The notes beneath the pieces are model-generated. The model was not told where the DNA came from, did no database searches, and saw only the letters and a list, made by a program, of their open reading frames with translations. Position numbers and translations under genes: made by a program. DNA of 64,000 nt from assembly GCF_018977255.1 (NCBI RefSeq), contig NW_024704742.1, positions 111,726,001 to 111,790,000 on the forward strand, read 5' to 3'. The stretch comes from Callorhinchus milii. Its lineage: Eukaryota. Of this stretch, positions 1 to 12,866 are shown piece by piece. The number at the start of each line of letters is the position of its first letter. The first letter of the stretch is position 1.

Positions 1-914
1 CAAAAGCATGGGAGAAATTTCAAGGAGTTGGGATGTGACAATGGGGCAGCTTGTGAAACAATTGTATTAGTGCTTATTGCCAGTCATTTTTATAATAATA
101 ATCCTTGTATTTGGTATAGTGCCTTTCATGTCGGTTGTCTCAAAGCACTTCATTCTAAAATTTACTGTCAAATGTTGTGACTGTGCATATATTTAGGCGA
201 ACAATCATTGGGAATTCCAATGGGATTCCTTACAGATCACTTGTTATGATAGAAGAAATAAATGAGCCCTTCCCCTGGATGTTGGTTTAGAAGTAATGTT
301 CTTCTACCAAAACACAATCAAAACAACTTGCACTTATATCATACCGTTCATGTGCGTAAACATCCCAAAGCGATGTGCAGAGATGGAGTGGGATCCTAAG
401 CATGGTGTGAGATAGCAAAACTTCAGTCAGAGAGTCAGACAGGCTTTGAAAGCAAATATGGAGTAAGAGAGGCTGAGGCATTTAAGGATGAGGCATTGTG
501 TTTGCAATTTCACCCACCAATTGTGGGATGGCGGGATAGGGTTAGAATGAACTTAAGAATTTTCCATAATTCTACAGTCTTAAATTTTAAACAAAATGGT
601 CATAAACGTTAAGATGCAAAGGGATTTTGGACCATTTTTGTAACAGTGGGATTGAAAACAATGGTATTTGTAATGGGATTCAAAAAGGACTTGTAAATAT
701 AAAGTCCTGCCAATAATCAGATATATGTCATTCATCTTTAAGGACTCCACTGTAATACATCCGGAAGGAGATCACATCCTGCAGCTTGGTGTGACACACA
801 TCTAGCATTTATGACAATGTCAATATTTCTGAATCTTCCACAAATCCCATTTGTGACTCCAACATTTTACAACCCAGTGTCATTGTGGAGAGTTGTCATT
901 AATTGCATTTAATT

Positions 915-1300
915 ATAATAATATGTAATCCTTGCTTTCAATACAGCATCTTATCATATTGTGTGCCTCACAAGTTTTCAAACTGCTGTGCCTGTGCATT
1001 TATAGGTGAACATGAAAGCAATTTATTCACAAACACCCATGAAGGGAATGACTAATCTTATCTGGAGTAATGTTGGCCAGAACACCAGGAGTAACTCTCT
1101 TCTTTAGAATTATGCAACGGGATCCTTAACATCCACTTGAACAGGTGGGCAGGACCTTAGTTTAATGTCTCATCTAAGAAGACAGCACTTCCAACAATGT
1201 AGCACTCACTCAGCACTAGAACTATAAGCTCAAAATCTTGATATGAGGTTTGACCCCACAACCTCTGACTCAGAGGAGTCTGAAGCAACTGAAGCAAGCT
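915..1300 (-). mobile_element. Old Deu-domain SINE
   Basis: gggatccttaacatccacttgaacagg...tttaatgtctcatc...ctctgactcagagg. Confidence 0.7.
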
Positions 1301-2438
1301 ACCACAAAGCATGGAAGACTGACCACGTATTACTGAGCCACTGTTCCCTTATTTCATCTGTGCTGCAGTTGTTACCAGGGGAAAAGCTTGTGATTTCCTG
1401 CAAATTATACAAATGTGTCTAATGGTCAGTGGGATGGCACACACTCTCAAAGAGTATTAACTGTCACATACTTAGAAGGAGCCTTTCAACCTGGATACAC
1501 TGGGAAATTATACTAGGTTAATACATTCAGATTACTTTGGAAGATTACACTCAGTTTGGATCAAGCTGATCCCAACTGAATGCGATCTCCTAGCATTTAC
1601 ACTTGCCCCTGTCCTGACCCTGGTCACATGCCAAATAGGATTGACTTACCAAGCTGCTGCATGTTGAGGATTCCTCAGGGAGGATGGTGCTGGTTGCAGC
1701 CATCATTAACTGCAGTGAGAACATGGAAGCTTGGATCACAGTGAATTACTCTGTGCTGTTCAGACCGGAAATCTTATTTTGCAATGAATGTACTGGAGTT
1801 CTCTGGCATATCACAAGCAGCATTTTGTATTGGGAAATGAGTGAGAATTAGCAAAGGGATTAAGGGGACTGCTTCCTCGCTAAATGACCTTGCCAGTGGG
1901 AACTTCTAATCGAATTTTCCCTTTAAATTTAAGTAAATTCACTACACAGAGGCGCTTGACTGCCAAGGTCAGTAGGTTTACTGACCAACAGAGAATTACC
2001 TTCTGAAGGTAACATTATGGAGAAAGAACATTATATTTGGAGGAACATGGGTTATATTCAGTGCATCAACTGCAGTGAATTGAAAATGTGATGTTTCATG
2101 ACAGATTTGCTGACTATTGAATGGATCATCCAATCTGTTATATAAAAGTGAAATTTTACCCCCAGGATTTGAAAAATGATGGTAAATTAGTTATACATGT
2201 GCTCATTAAACCTCAGAGTAAATCTTTTACGTGACATCAGAACAGGAATAGACCAATGGATCAGTCTAAACTGGATTGCCATTTTTGTTACTTCATGGCT
2301 GCTCTTTTAAACACCATTTGCTTATAGTGATTTTTTTTTTAATTTGGGGGATTGTTGGCCAAGACACTGGGAGAAACTCCTTCTTCTTTTACAAATAGTG
2401 CCATGGGATCATTGACGCCCACTTGAACAGGCAAGATA

Positions 2439-3039
2439 CAACAACAACAAAATTACATTTATAGAGCGCCTTTCACGTCGGGAGGACATCCCAAAGCACT
2501 GAACATTCAGGTGTCGTGGCCTGATCATGGGGGAGGGGTGATGTAAAGGTGAGGGAAGGCAGAGGGGTGGGAATCCGACCAAAGGCACGGTTGAAGAGAA
2601 GGGTCTTGAGACCGGCCTTGAAGGAGGCAAAGGAGGAAGCGAGGTGAAGGGACTGTGGGATGGAGTTCCAGAGTGTGGGGGCAGAGAGGCTGAAAGCCCG
2701 GCCATCGATGGTAGGGCGGGTCAGGCGGGAGCCATGGAGCAGGCCGGAGCCCGCTGAACGGAGGGAGCGGGCAGGTTGGTAGGGAGTCAGCAGGTCAGAG
2801 AGGTAGGAGGGGGCAAGGCCATAGATGGCCTTAAAGGTGAGGATGAGGATCTTGAACTCGATCCTCTGGAGGATGGGGAGCCAGAGGAGTCGGGCGAGGG
2901 TGGGAGTGAGGGGATCGCGGAGCCTGGTGCATGAAAGTACACGAGCTGCAGAGTTTTGGATGATAAGCAGCTTGTGAAGGGAAGAGTTGGGAAAGCCGAT
3001 GAGGAGGGAGTTCCCGTAATCAAGCCTTGATGTGACGAT
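2439..3039 (-). mobile_element. L2 3' fragment nested in an old Deu-type SINE
   Basis: (CAA)n tail followed by L2 C-terminal coding similarity. Possible TSD AGATA at 2434-2438 and 3040-3044. Confidence 0.9.
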
Positions 3040-3299
3040 AGATAGGTTTTCAGTTTAACATTTCATCCAAAGGGCAGCATACCTGACAATGCGGTGCTCC
3101 CCTTTTAAATGTCTCAATCGATTATGTGTTTGTGGCCTTCTAGCTAAGTGTGTTACACATTTCCACAGCTTGTTTTATGGAGGAATATTGCCTGATTTTA
3201 CTTGTAACTGGTGTAGCTCTAATTTTTAGGTGATCTCTCCTTATTTGAATTTATCCTTTAGAGAAGAATCATTCCCTGTTTACATTATCAATTACCTTT

Positions 3300-3585
3300 A
3301 TTGGTCCTTTGGATGAAACATTAAAACAAAGTCCTGCCTGCTTGTTCAGGTGGACGTTAACAGCACTATTCAAAAGGAGAAAGGAGTTTCTCCCAGTGTT
3401 CAGGCCAGCAATTCCCCAGATAAAACAAAAATGGACATTGATTCATGGCTGTGTATGGGACATTGCCGTTCTTAAATTAGCTGTCATGTTCACCAACAAA
3501 CTGCACAATCACATTACAATCAATCCTGTGAAGTGCTTTGATATGTCCACCTGATGTGAAAGCCACAATATTCCATATTATTATT
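3300..3585 (+). mobile_element. Old Deu-domain SINE fragment
   Basis: ctttggatgaaacattaaa...gttcaggtggacgttaa...gggacattgcc. Confidence 0.7.
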
Positions 3586-4454
3586 TAAAAAATCTCAGTC
3601 AGATCACCCTTCAACCTTCAGCTCACAATCAGGCAGTGTTTCCTTTCTGTATATTGGAGTGTGAAAGGACATTCAAGGAAAGGGAATTTAAGAAGGAGTA
3701 TGTTTGAGTGTAGATTACCATCAATCCTGTTGTTTGCTGGACAGCACTGCATTTATCTACTGAAACCCATGTGCTACTGCTGTCTCCGGCGGCGTGCCAA
3801 ATATCTTAACCTTTTATATGGCAACCACTTTCTTCATTCTACCTCAGTGAAATTGGCACCCCTGCCAACTGTCTCTGAGTTGGTGTCAATGTCGAGGGCA
3901 GCCAGCAATGTCACTCAGACCTTGTGCCTCCACGCTGGCCAAAGGCCAGCTGCTGTGCTCACACCATCTGTATCCATGACAAAATTCACTGAGTTCTTAC
4001 TGCACGTCTCTGATGATAACAACCCTAGATGTGTGGAGTGGAACTGTTGTCAAATATCCAGGTCCAAGCTACCAAGAAAGTAGTTTCTCTACCTGAAAGT
4101 AACAGAAATGTATATCGTCATCAACATGTAAGTTAAACGTAAGTATTCCAGTATTCTGATCCCCCTCCCTCCCTCCCTTTGTTGAAGACATATTTATTTG
4201 ATCGTGCTTTTGATCATCTTCCCACCTCCCTGCTCTTTTCGGCTCCCATCCCCAGCTGAGTGCCCAGCCAGCATTGTCAAGTGCTTTGAAATGTCCTCCT
4301 GGTATGAAAGGTATCATTGTAAATCGTATCATATTCCTTATTTTCAGAAAATGTTTCTCACATGTTGGTATCATGTTTGTAAAATTAATAGTGATTTAGT
4401 GAATAAGAAAAAATAAATCATTGTATAAATTGTATATTGTATTGTACAAATCAT

Positions 4455-5015
4455 TGGTGAGACCATACATAGAGTACTGTGTACAGTTCTGGTCGCTGCA
4501 GTACAAAATGGATATTGGAGAAATTGAGAAAATACAGAGGGCAATCAAAATGATTGAGGGAATGGAAGGACTGGACTATGAAAACAACTAAGTAAATTGG
4601 GTGTGTTCACACTGGAAAAGAGAAGATAGAGAGGCAATATGATTGCTGTCTTTAAGATTCTAAAGAGGCAAGACAATATAGATCATGACAGGCTGTTTCA
4701 ACTTGTCCAGAATAGTAGAACCAGAGGACACGGCCTGCGACTGAAGGGGGACATTCAGAACGAATTTACGCAAATACTATTTCAGTGAGCGAATAGTGAA
4801 CCTGTGGAATAGGCTCCCTAGGGAGATGGTTGAAGTAGGAAGCATTGATTATTTCAAAGACAGATTAGATAGTTTTCTTTTAGGATATAACATTATGGGA
4901 TATAGTACATAGGTAGTTTGGGACATATGTGCATGCGACTGTCAAGAAGATGGAAGGCGAACTAGATGGACCTTGGTCTATTTTCATCTAGGATTTCTTA
5001 TGTTCTTATGTTCTT
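4455..5015 (+). mobile_element. CR1 3' fragment
   Basis: RPYIEYCVQFWS, RGNMIAVFKIL and RIVNLWNRLP-like translation; ttcttatgttcttatgttctt tail. Confidence 0.88.
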
Positions 5016-5087
5016 AAAAAAAGAAACAAAAGAATGGTCAAGAAATGGAATTGCTGTATTTAAATTCACTACGTTTTATTGATTGTG

Positions 5088-5418
5088 ATAATAATAATAA
5101 TAATAATAATCCTTGCATTTGATATAGCGCTTTTCACGTCGGGAGGACGTCCCAAAGCGCTTCACAGAACACACTGTAAAGTGAATTGACTGTATATTTG
5201 TGGGCAAACGCGGCAGCCAATTGCGCACAGCAATGTCCCACAAACAGTCATAGATTGAAAATGACCAATTTATTATTGTTTTTGGTTTTTGGAGGGATTA
5301 TTATTAGGCGTGTGGAGTAAGGAAACTTGCCCAAGGTTTCGCCCTGACCTGCCTGGAATTGAACTCAGGTCTCTCGCTTGCAAAGCGAGTGCTCTTACCA
5401 CTGAGCTACAGGACTCCA
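5088..5418 (-). mobile_element. tRNA-Ala-derived SINE, short young subfamily
   Basis: Head with A box, ctcgc-TTTGCAA-gcgag anticodon arm and B box; Deu-like body; L2-like tail; (ATT)n. Confidence 0.92.
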
Positions 5419-5639
5419 CTAGATACAGATGTCAGAGCCAGTGTTAGCCTTGCTCAATTGATAGTATTTCTCAACTTTGAGCCTGAAGATGCAGTATTGG
5501 AGGAATGCCACACTGTTAGAAGTGTAACATTAAGTACCTTAGTGGGATTGCACGCTCCTGGTTTCAGTTTTACTTAACCCACCGCCATCATTAAGTCTCT
5601 GCAAATGTTTTTTTCTCCTGCCCCTGCCAGGTGAACTAC

Positions 5640-6140
5640 GGCAAACCTCAACACTTCATCCTTGATCCCTTCTTTTCCTCATTTACATACTCCCTCTTGG
5701 TGAGGTCATCTACAGATATGAGGCCAACTTTTACATATATGCAGACAACACCCAAATCCTTCAGTTATGATCAAAACTGTGATCTCCTCCAGCTGTGATC
5801 CCAGGACTACCGATGTTCTGTCCTCTGCTTGACAGACATCAAGGACTAGATGAGCACCAACTTTCTGCAGCTGAATGCTAACAAGACCAAAGACTTCCAT
5901 CAACGTCTTCTCACTTGTGGCTCCAGCCTCCCTAATTTCAACAGCCTATCCCTCAAACTTATTGAACATATATACAACCAAGCCATCAGGTTCAAACACC
6001 AGCTGTCCTTCCTACTCCATATCTGGTATCTGACAAGGACCGCTTTCCTTCACCTCTGCCACATTGCCTGCCCTCGACCATACCTCACACTCGACAGAGC
6101 TTTGAAAGGCGCTATATAAATGTAATTTTTGTTGTTGTTG
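5640..6140 (+). mobile_element. Highly degenerate L2 fragment
   Basis: Decayed YAD(N)T, NFLQLN and TAFLHL segments; tail gaaaggcgctatataaatgtaatttttgttgttgttg. Confidence 0.7.
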
Positions 6141-6308
6141 AAAATTGTTGATAGACTTTTTCACGTATTCGTCACCTCCCACCTTATTCATCAACATGGG
6201 GTTGCACATAATGTGGGTCAGAACATTGCTGCGGTGGAACAGAGAGAGGGCAAGAAGAGAAGATTGCACAGGAAACTCAACAGCAGAAGCCAAATTACCC
6301 AAGACGAG

Positions 6309-7100
6309 TACATGAGGGGAGTGTCACTTACCTACACGTGACCCAGGAACAGCACGTATCAAGGCTGCCCTGACGTGAGAGGAGAGAGAGCTGAGCCACC
6401 TGATTGAGGATGACCTGTGCAGCATGCCAGCTGTCAGCACAGCTTTGACAGCAGCTTTAAGCCTCTGCACCACGGGTTCCTTTCAGGCACAAGCAGCCAT
6501 AAGCCTGTGCTCAACACCTTGCCTCATTGAGGAAGCAAACGGAAAGACTGCACAGTAAATGTATGTTTTTGTTTTTTTAAAAGAACACCAGAGCGAAAGT
6601 AGCAACATATTTTCAATGCAGAGAAGATCCCAAAAGTGCAAGGGCTGATTGATTGCATGCACGTAGCAATATACACACCTGCCTTTAATACTAAGCCCTT
6701 TGCAAATCTTCCACTCATTCACTGTACAGATGGCGTAGGACTGCTTAGGCTACAAACATCAATGCCAAATATCCTGGAGGGACATATGACTTTTTCAACT
6801 TCAGACTACCACTGTTTAAGAACTCTTTGAAGGACCAGGAGGATGGATGGCTGGCTACTAAGGGACTTGGGGTATACAACGATGCCTGACTAGTGACCCC
6901 ACTTTATCATTTCCATATCCCAGCTGAGATGGAAGTCACCCAGGCACCTGCCAGAAACAAGAAAATTATTGAAGATACCTTTAGAGTTCTGAAACAAACA
7001 TATCAATGTTTGGATAGGACGGGCTACCCTCCAGGACATGCCTCACTAGTTGGACAAGACCATTGTAACTGTGATCTTTTACATCACATGACAATAGACA
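6309..7100 (+). pseudogene. Decayed Harbinger/PIF (HARBI1-like) DDE transposase
   Basis: Motifs in the expected order across frameshifts: YLHVTQEQHVSRL, TAALSLCTTGSFQ, PKVQGLIDCMHVAI, AKYPGGTYD, GWLLRDLGY, LVTP, IIEDTFRVLKQTYQCLDRTG, CDLLHHM. Confidence 0.85.
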
Positions 7101-8368
7101 AGGTATTGCCAGTACCAATGGAGAAGAAACAACAAAAAAGAACATACATTTTTATGATGCTTTATCACACTAAAGTATCTCAGAGTTCTTCACAATTTAA
7201 TCGTTATCAAATGTAGTTACTGTTTCTGTACATAAAAGCGACAGCCATTTTGCACCAGCAAAACATTACATATAACCATTAAATTTATGAATACATAGAA
7301 TGATAGAGAACAGAACCAGGACAACAGCCCAACTAATCCATGCTAATCTGGAGAATTGTTTGCCAGGAGATAGATAGGGCAAGGTGGAAAAAGAAGGGAG
7401 GGCCAGTGTTTAGGATTCACAAGTTTCAGAAGGTTTACATTTGGCAGCAAAACAGCCTGCATTAATTCCAGAATAGTGCACACAAAGGATGCCAGCATGT
7501 GAAATTCATATAAATACAGAGGTAGGCAGATTAGCTTTTAGTTTTGGCAAATATTGGATCCTTCTTTGTAAATTTTATAGTTAAGCAAATAATTTTTAAA
7601 GCAATATGTGAATAGGTTCAGAGATAGGAACATTGAATTGGATTTGACTGGAAAAGTCACAGAAGTGTTTCTTTACGGTTCATCTAACTGGTCCCACAGT
7701 AAACAAGATCATTCTACAAGTTACAGATTTTCCCTCAGCTTCTCCACAAGATAATTGAGTTACCTTTAACAATGTTGTCGCTTTCCATTTTCTGGGTCTT
7801 TTATGCAATCTTGATATTTTTTCACAGAATCAAACAACGAGGGATGATTCTCTGATTCTCATTAAATATACTGTGACTGAGGTTACAACAGAATATTTCT
7901 GTAACAAACTCACGTTGTCTTGTTTGGTAAATTTAATGACCAGTGGACAATCAGACATTCTGACTTCCAAGATTAGAAATGTGATTTATCCATTCATGGA
8001 TTAACCTCTTTCCACCCTCTCCACCCACATCCCTCCCACTGCAACTTGTTATAATTTCTGTAAATTATTCCAGGGCACTGCTGATGACAGAACAGCCAGC
8101 CTGGCTAATTGGAGGATCTGGAAGGGTAGACCAGTCACTGGGGTAGCAAGTCATCCCACTTAGCTCCTGTTAATCCTGCAAGCCAAAGCCCTAATGGGTA
8201 GGGTGGTCCTAGCTGTAGAAGCATTGGGAACGCTTGTCAGAAAGCAATATCAATGGCAAGCTATGCAGTTTTAGCTGATTATTCCCCAGCAGTATCCCAA
8301 CACACACTCTAGTTGAAATCATTGTCTTGTCTCTTTATGCATTCTGTAAACAGGATCCTGCAAGGACA

Positions 8369-8492
8369 AGAAATGCTAATTTCGATGGATTTTGATAGTA
8401 GAATGCAGGACTGTACAAAAGATATGAGATAAACCATTGGCTCTTGGTTCTTTTGCATTCTACTACCAAAATCCATTGAAATGAGCATTTCT
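8369..8492. repeat. 39-bp inverted repeat (MITE-like hairpin)
   Basis: Arms at 8369-8407 and 8454-8492 pair at 36 of 39 positions. Confidence 0.85.
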
Positions 8493-8704
8493 AGGTCTCA
8501 TATGGCTTTAGTCACAGTAACAGCTTTCTGCATAAAAAAATTTTGTTAGTACAAGGCAACTCAAACATTTGAGGTTCTCACCTCTGCTTTTATGAAGAGT
8601 GATTTCTAAGAATCTGCCTGCAAGGCATTAGCCCAGAAGATCTAAATGCATGTAGTAGGGGAATCTGAGAGACAGCCCAAATAAGGCACACACAAGATGA
8701 CTCA

Positions 8705-9027
8705 GAGGGGACCTCACAGAGGTGTATAAAATTTTAAATGGTTTAAAAAAGTAAATTCAGATCATTCTTTTGGATGCAACAAGATAAGAGGACATAGGTT
8801 TACAGTTGTAAAGGACAAATTCAGGACAAATACCAACCAGGAAGTATTTTCTTTACATAGAGTGTCATCAACAACTAGAACAGGTTGTCAGGAAAGGTGG
8901 TAGAGGCCTGGATATTTAAAAAAGGCAGCTTGATACTGTGTTGTGGGAACAGTAGGATGGGTGTTTTGGAAGGATGGGATTGGTTGAGCTGAGAGTTTTC
9001 TTCATCCAGATCAATCTTGTGATCTTA
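8705..9027 (+). mobile_element. Old CR1 3' fragment
   Basis: RGDLTEVYKILNG-like translation; atcttgtgatctt tail. Confidence 0.7.
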
Positions 9028-9334
9028 TAAACATACAGTTAATTAACTTTACAGAATATTCTATGAAGCGCTCTGAGACGTCTCAAAGATGTGATAAGGT
9101 CCTATATCAACTGCAAGGATTATTATTATGATAATGTTATCCTAGAATGTCATGGGGGGGTGCGGTCTCCTGTTAACCCTGCAAGCCAAAGGCGGTCTCT
9201 CGTGGGATTGATTGACCAGGGCATCTTTAGAAGCAGAATGTCCCACAATGTGATAATTAAGTGGGGCGGATATGGGGGGTCATGAATAAGTGATGATAAT
9301 TATCACATCAATTATACATGGCCCATCTTTATAC

Positions 9335-9540
9335 TCCCTCACGCCTGACCCCTCTCTCACACCTGACCCTTTCGCTCATACCTATTTCTCCCCATACAAT
9401 GCCCCAGCTCATATCTGATTCCCCCCCCTCACACTTGATCTCTCATACCTGACCCTTACTCTTAGCTGACCCCTTATACCCGTCTCTCACTCATACCTGA
9501 TCCTATATACATTCCCAGCCATACCTGACCACATGCTCAT
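9335..9540 (+). repeat. Degenerate minisatellite (ctcaYacctgaccc-like unit)
   Basis: About 8-10 diverged copies of ctcacacctgaccc/ctcatacctga. Confidence 0.6.
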
Positions 9541-10049
9541 TAAACATCCTGAGTAAGGATTTGGTCATTCCTTGGCTGTTTTGTGTTGATTCATACATCA
9601 TCTGTCACTAGCTGCTCTGGTGCCACGTACTACAGGCAGTGAGGAGACAGCTATTACATCACTTCAGTCCTGAACAGGCCAATGGCCTTAGAGTTTGTCT
9701 GCTTGCAAGCTCTGTTGGTATTTGTCTGCAAATCAATTTCTGGCCTGTTCACAAGAGTGCAGTCGTTAACAAACAGCAAAGTAGGGGATATCAGATGGAG
9801 AGTCCCCACACCTAGCTGTTTCCTGCAGTAAGAGAGAGGAAAATGTAGCAAGAATCCCCCTACATACCCAAATGCTCTCATTCACCTGCTCAAGGCTGGT
9901 CACAGAGTGATGTTGACAGGCTCGTAGGGCTGGTTCTCCACCCTGTGTGTACCCCATAGATAGTGTGTAGCGCAACAAGACCAATACAAAGGAAACAGAT
10001 AGCATTGAGGATTCAAGCTTCACATTTGGATTTGAATCAAGGTTATCAA

Positions 10050-10375
10050 TGGAGTCCTGTAGCTCAGTGGTTAGAGTACTCGCTTTGCAAGCGAGAGACC
10101 TGAGTTCAATTCCAGGCAGGTCGAAAACTTGGGCAAGTTTCCCTACTCCACACACCTAATAATAATCCCTCCAAAAAAAACAAACACAATAATAAATTGG
10201 TCATTTTCAATCTACGACTGTTTGTGGGACATTGCTGTGCGAAATTGGCTGCCGCGTTCGCCCACAAATACACAGTCAATTCACTTTACAGTGTGTTCTG
10301 TGAAGCGCTTTGGGACATCCTCCCGACGTGAAAAGCGCTATATCAAAATGCAAGGATTATTATAATTATTATTAT
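10050..10375 (+). mobile_element. tRNA-Ala-derived SINE, short subfamily, apparently inserted into an older Deu-type SINE
   Basis: tggagtcctgtagctcagtggttagag...caaggattattat. Old SINE sequence continues at 10378-10680. Possible TSD TTATCA. Confidence 0.92.
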
Positions 10376-11773
10376 CACTCCCCCGCAGTACCCCGGGAAC
10401 ATTGCATTGCTGGAGGTGCTGTCCATCAAAAGCAGGATCCCATTTGCTTGTTCATTCGTTGGATATTAAAGATATCACAAAACTATTTAAAAGGAGAAGG
10501 GAGTTTGTCCTGATGAATAAACTTCCAGTTCCAGGTAAACCTCCAGGTAAATTTATCATTCTCCACAAGACTATTTGTGGGACTTTGCGGACTTCAAAAT
10601 AATGAATGTGTTTGCCTTCAAAATAGTGACTAAACATGACAGTAATTACTGTAAAGGGCATCTTGAAGTGATAATTATTTTCCATAAAGGTGAAAGTTCT
10701 TTCTTTACTATGATAAAGATCAGAGTTGTTTAAGATGAATGGATATATGCTGCTTATTTAAAGAAAACAATCTTTGTTGTCTTTTAATATTAATTTAAAG
10801 CATCACAAACTAAAGACAAATGAACCTCTTTCAGTAGTCTTTCATATTTTTTATTGATTATAATCAGATGAACCTTGAATGTATCTCATGCAAAGCATAG
10901 GATGAGTCAGAGATGGCTGACAAGAATATTTGAGCGCTGCTACTTGTTGGCACACCATGGAGGTGTGAAGTGAGGCAGCTGTGCTGATAATAGCAAGACT
11001 GAATTCCAGCCACTGACCATCAGAACAAATTAATCTGCTTTTGTAATGACAGATGAAGAGCGAGCTGCCAAAAGTAACATTTCAGTTTGATTGGTACTTT
11101 TCTGTAAAACAAAATTGCAACCCAAACAGTTTGTTTTCCAGCGCATAAAATATTTATTTCTTGCGCTTATTGCTGTCAGTCTTACTCCTCTTCTGGAGTC
11201 TTTCATGATTCAGCCCTTCCCGAACACAATCATTCTCTCTCTTGCATTTTAGTTTGTGAATCTACAAAGAGCATAACATAATGGATTTGAAAATTAACAC
11301 TATTCACATCAAACAGTATCTGTGGCTTATCTCTGGAGACCTCCGTAACTCTATCCCTCATGTCTTTTTATACTATGCTATGCAAACCAGAGTACTCCCC
11401 ATTTCTGGGGCAATCTTATTTGCAAATGACAATATAAATAGCTTAGATCTGGATAAAAATTAATTCTAACAGACCCATCCATGATGTTCTCTGGAAGGAT
11501 ACACTTCATTGGTGCTCTGCAATAATACACTTCACATAGTAATTGGAATTATCCCAGAACCTCATAGCTGAAGGCTGTATAAAGACGACCAAAGGGGAGT
11601 AGAAACATGACATCCCAGGCCTTGGATGTGCTGTGGTTGAGCAAATGGACCCACTGTTCATGTACAGTTTAATAGTTGGTGTGGCCTTATAATAGACTTA
11701 AAACTCATATTATTATAAAAATTCAATCTGATAAATATCAGCGAACATAACCTCAGAAGGATGGTAGATCTTG

Positions 11774-12135
11774 TGGAGTCCTGTAGCTCAGTGGCTAGAG
11801 CATTTGCCTCGCAGGCAAGAGACCTGGGTTCGATTAGCATGTTGAGCAAGTTTCCTTATTCCACACGGCTCTGTTTATCTAGCAGTAAGTAGGAACTTGG
11901 CTGTTAGTCAATTGGTGGATCACTTTTCCCGGCATAATAATTCCTTNAAAAAAATTATAAATTGGTCACTTCAATCCAAGACTGTTTGATGGACACTGCT
12001 GTGTGCAATTGGCAGCGACATTTCATCCACAAAATATACAGTCAATTCACTTTACAGAATATATCCATGAAGCGCTTTGAGACATCTCAAAGACGTGATA
12101 AGGCACTATATCAATGCAAGGATTATTATTATTAT
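11774..12135 (+). mobile_element. tRNA-Ala-derived SINE, long subfamily
   Basis: Family head and tail plus an extra ~60-bp block, ctgtttatctagcagtaagtaggaac...ttttcccgg. Confidence 0.9.
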
Positions 12136-12199
12136 CTTGTCTGATCAATCTCATTGACTTTTCTGAAGCGGGGCCCACCCAGTTTGGCTGTGAGAAGTC

Positions 12200-12630
12200 A
12201 TATGACATAGTGTGTCTTTCTAGACCCTTTGAAAGGTGTTTGATAAAGGACCACATTAGAGACTCCTTCACAAACTGATGTCAATGGGTATCAAGAGCAA
12301 GTCATGGACTTGAAATTGGCTGAGTGGAAAGAGAGCTAGGTCTAAATACAGGGAAGTAGAAAGCAGGGTGCCTCAAGCATCTCTATTGGAACTTGCCCCT
12401 GTTATTTGTATACATTAATGATGTAGATTTATAGACCAAGTGTAAGGTAGTTAAATTTGCAGATGACACCAAGTTAGAGTGAACAGTGGAATCAGAGGAG
12501 GCAGCAAAGAACTCGCAAACAAAGTTTGCTGTGGGCTGATGACTGGCAAACAAGTTCAGTACAGATAAATGAAAGACACTGCATATAGGAATTAATAAGA
12601 GGTACATGTATTCCATGGATGGGACAGGAC
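12200..12630 (+). mobile_element. Old CR1 RT fragment
   Basis: Decayed FDK.PH, YIND.D and VKFADDTK segments. Confidence 0.7.
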
Positions 12631-12866
12631 TCATGGCACAATGGCCCTGCTTCATCCTTTTCTTGCTCTCAAGAAATAGATCTCATGGTTTCTCGCACTC
12701 TACAGAACAATGTTGCCTCCAGTTGGACAGTACAGTATTACCATTAAATGTAGGGTAGTCATGCGTATCTAAGAACATAAGAACATAAGAATTAGGAGCA
12801 GGAGTAGGCCATTCGGTCCTTCGTGCCTGCTCCGCCATTCAATAAGATCATGGCTGATCTTCTCAT

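Noticed and set aside
3661..4095. 140-aa ORF and a minus-strand acceptor
   Set aside because: GTG start and no motif; all three minus-strand frames contain stops.
11947..11947. Single N base
   Set aside because: Assembly ambiguity next to a poly-A run.
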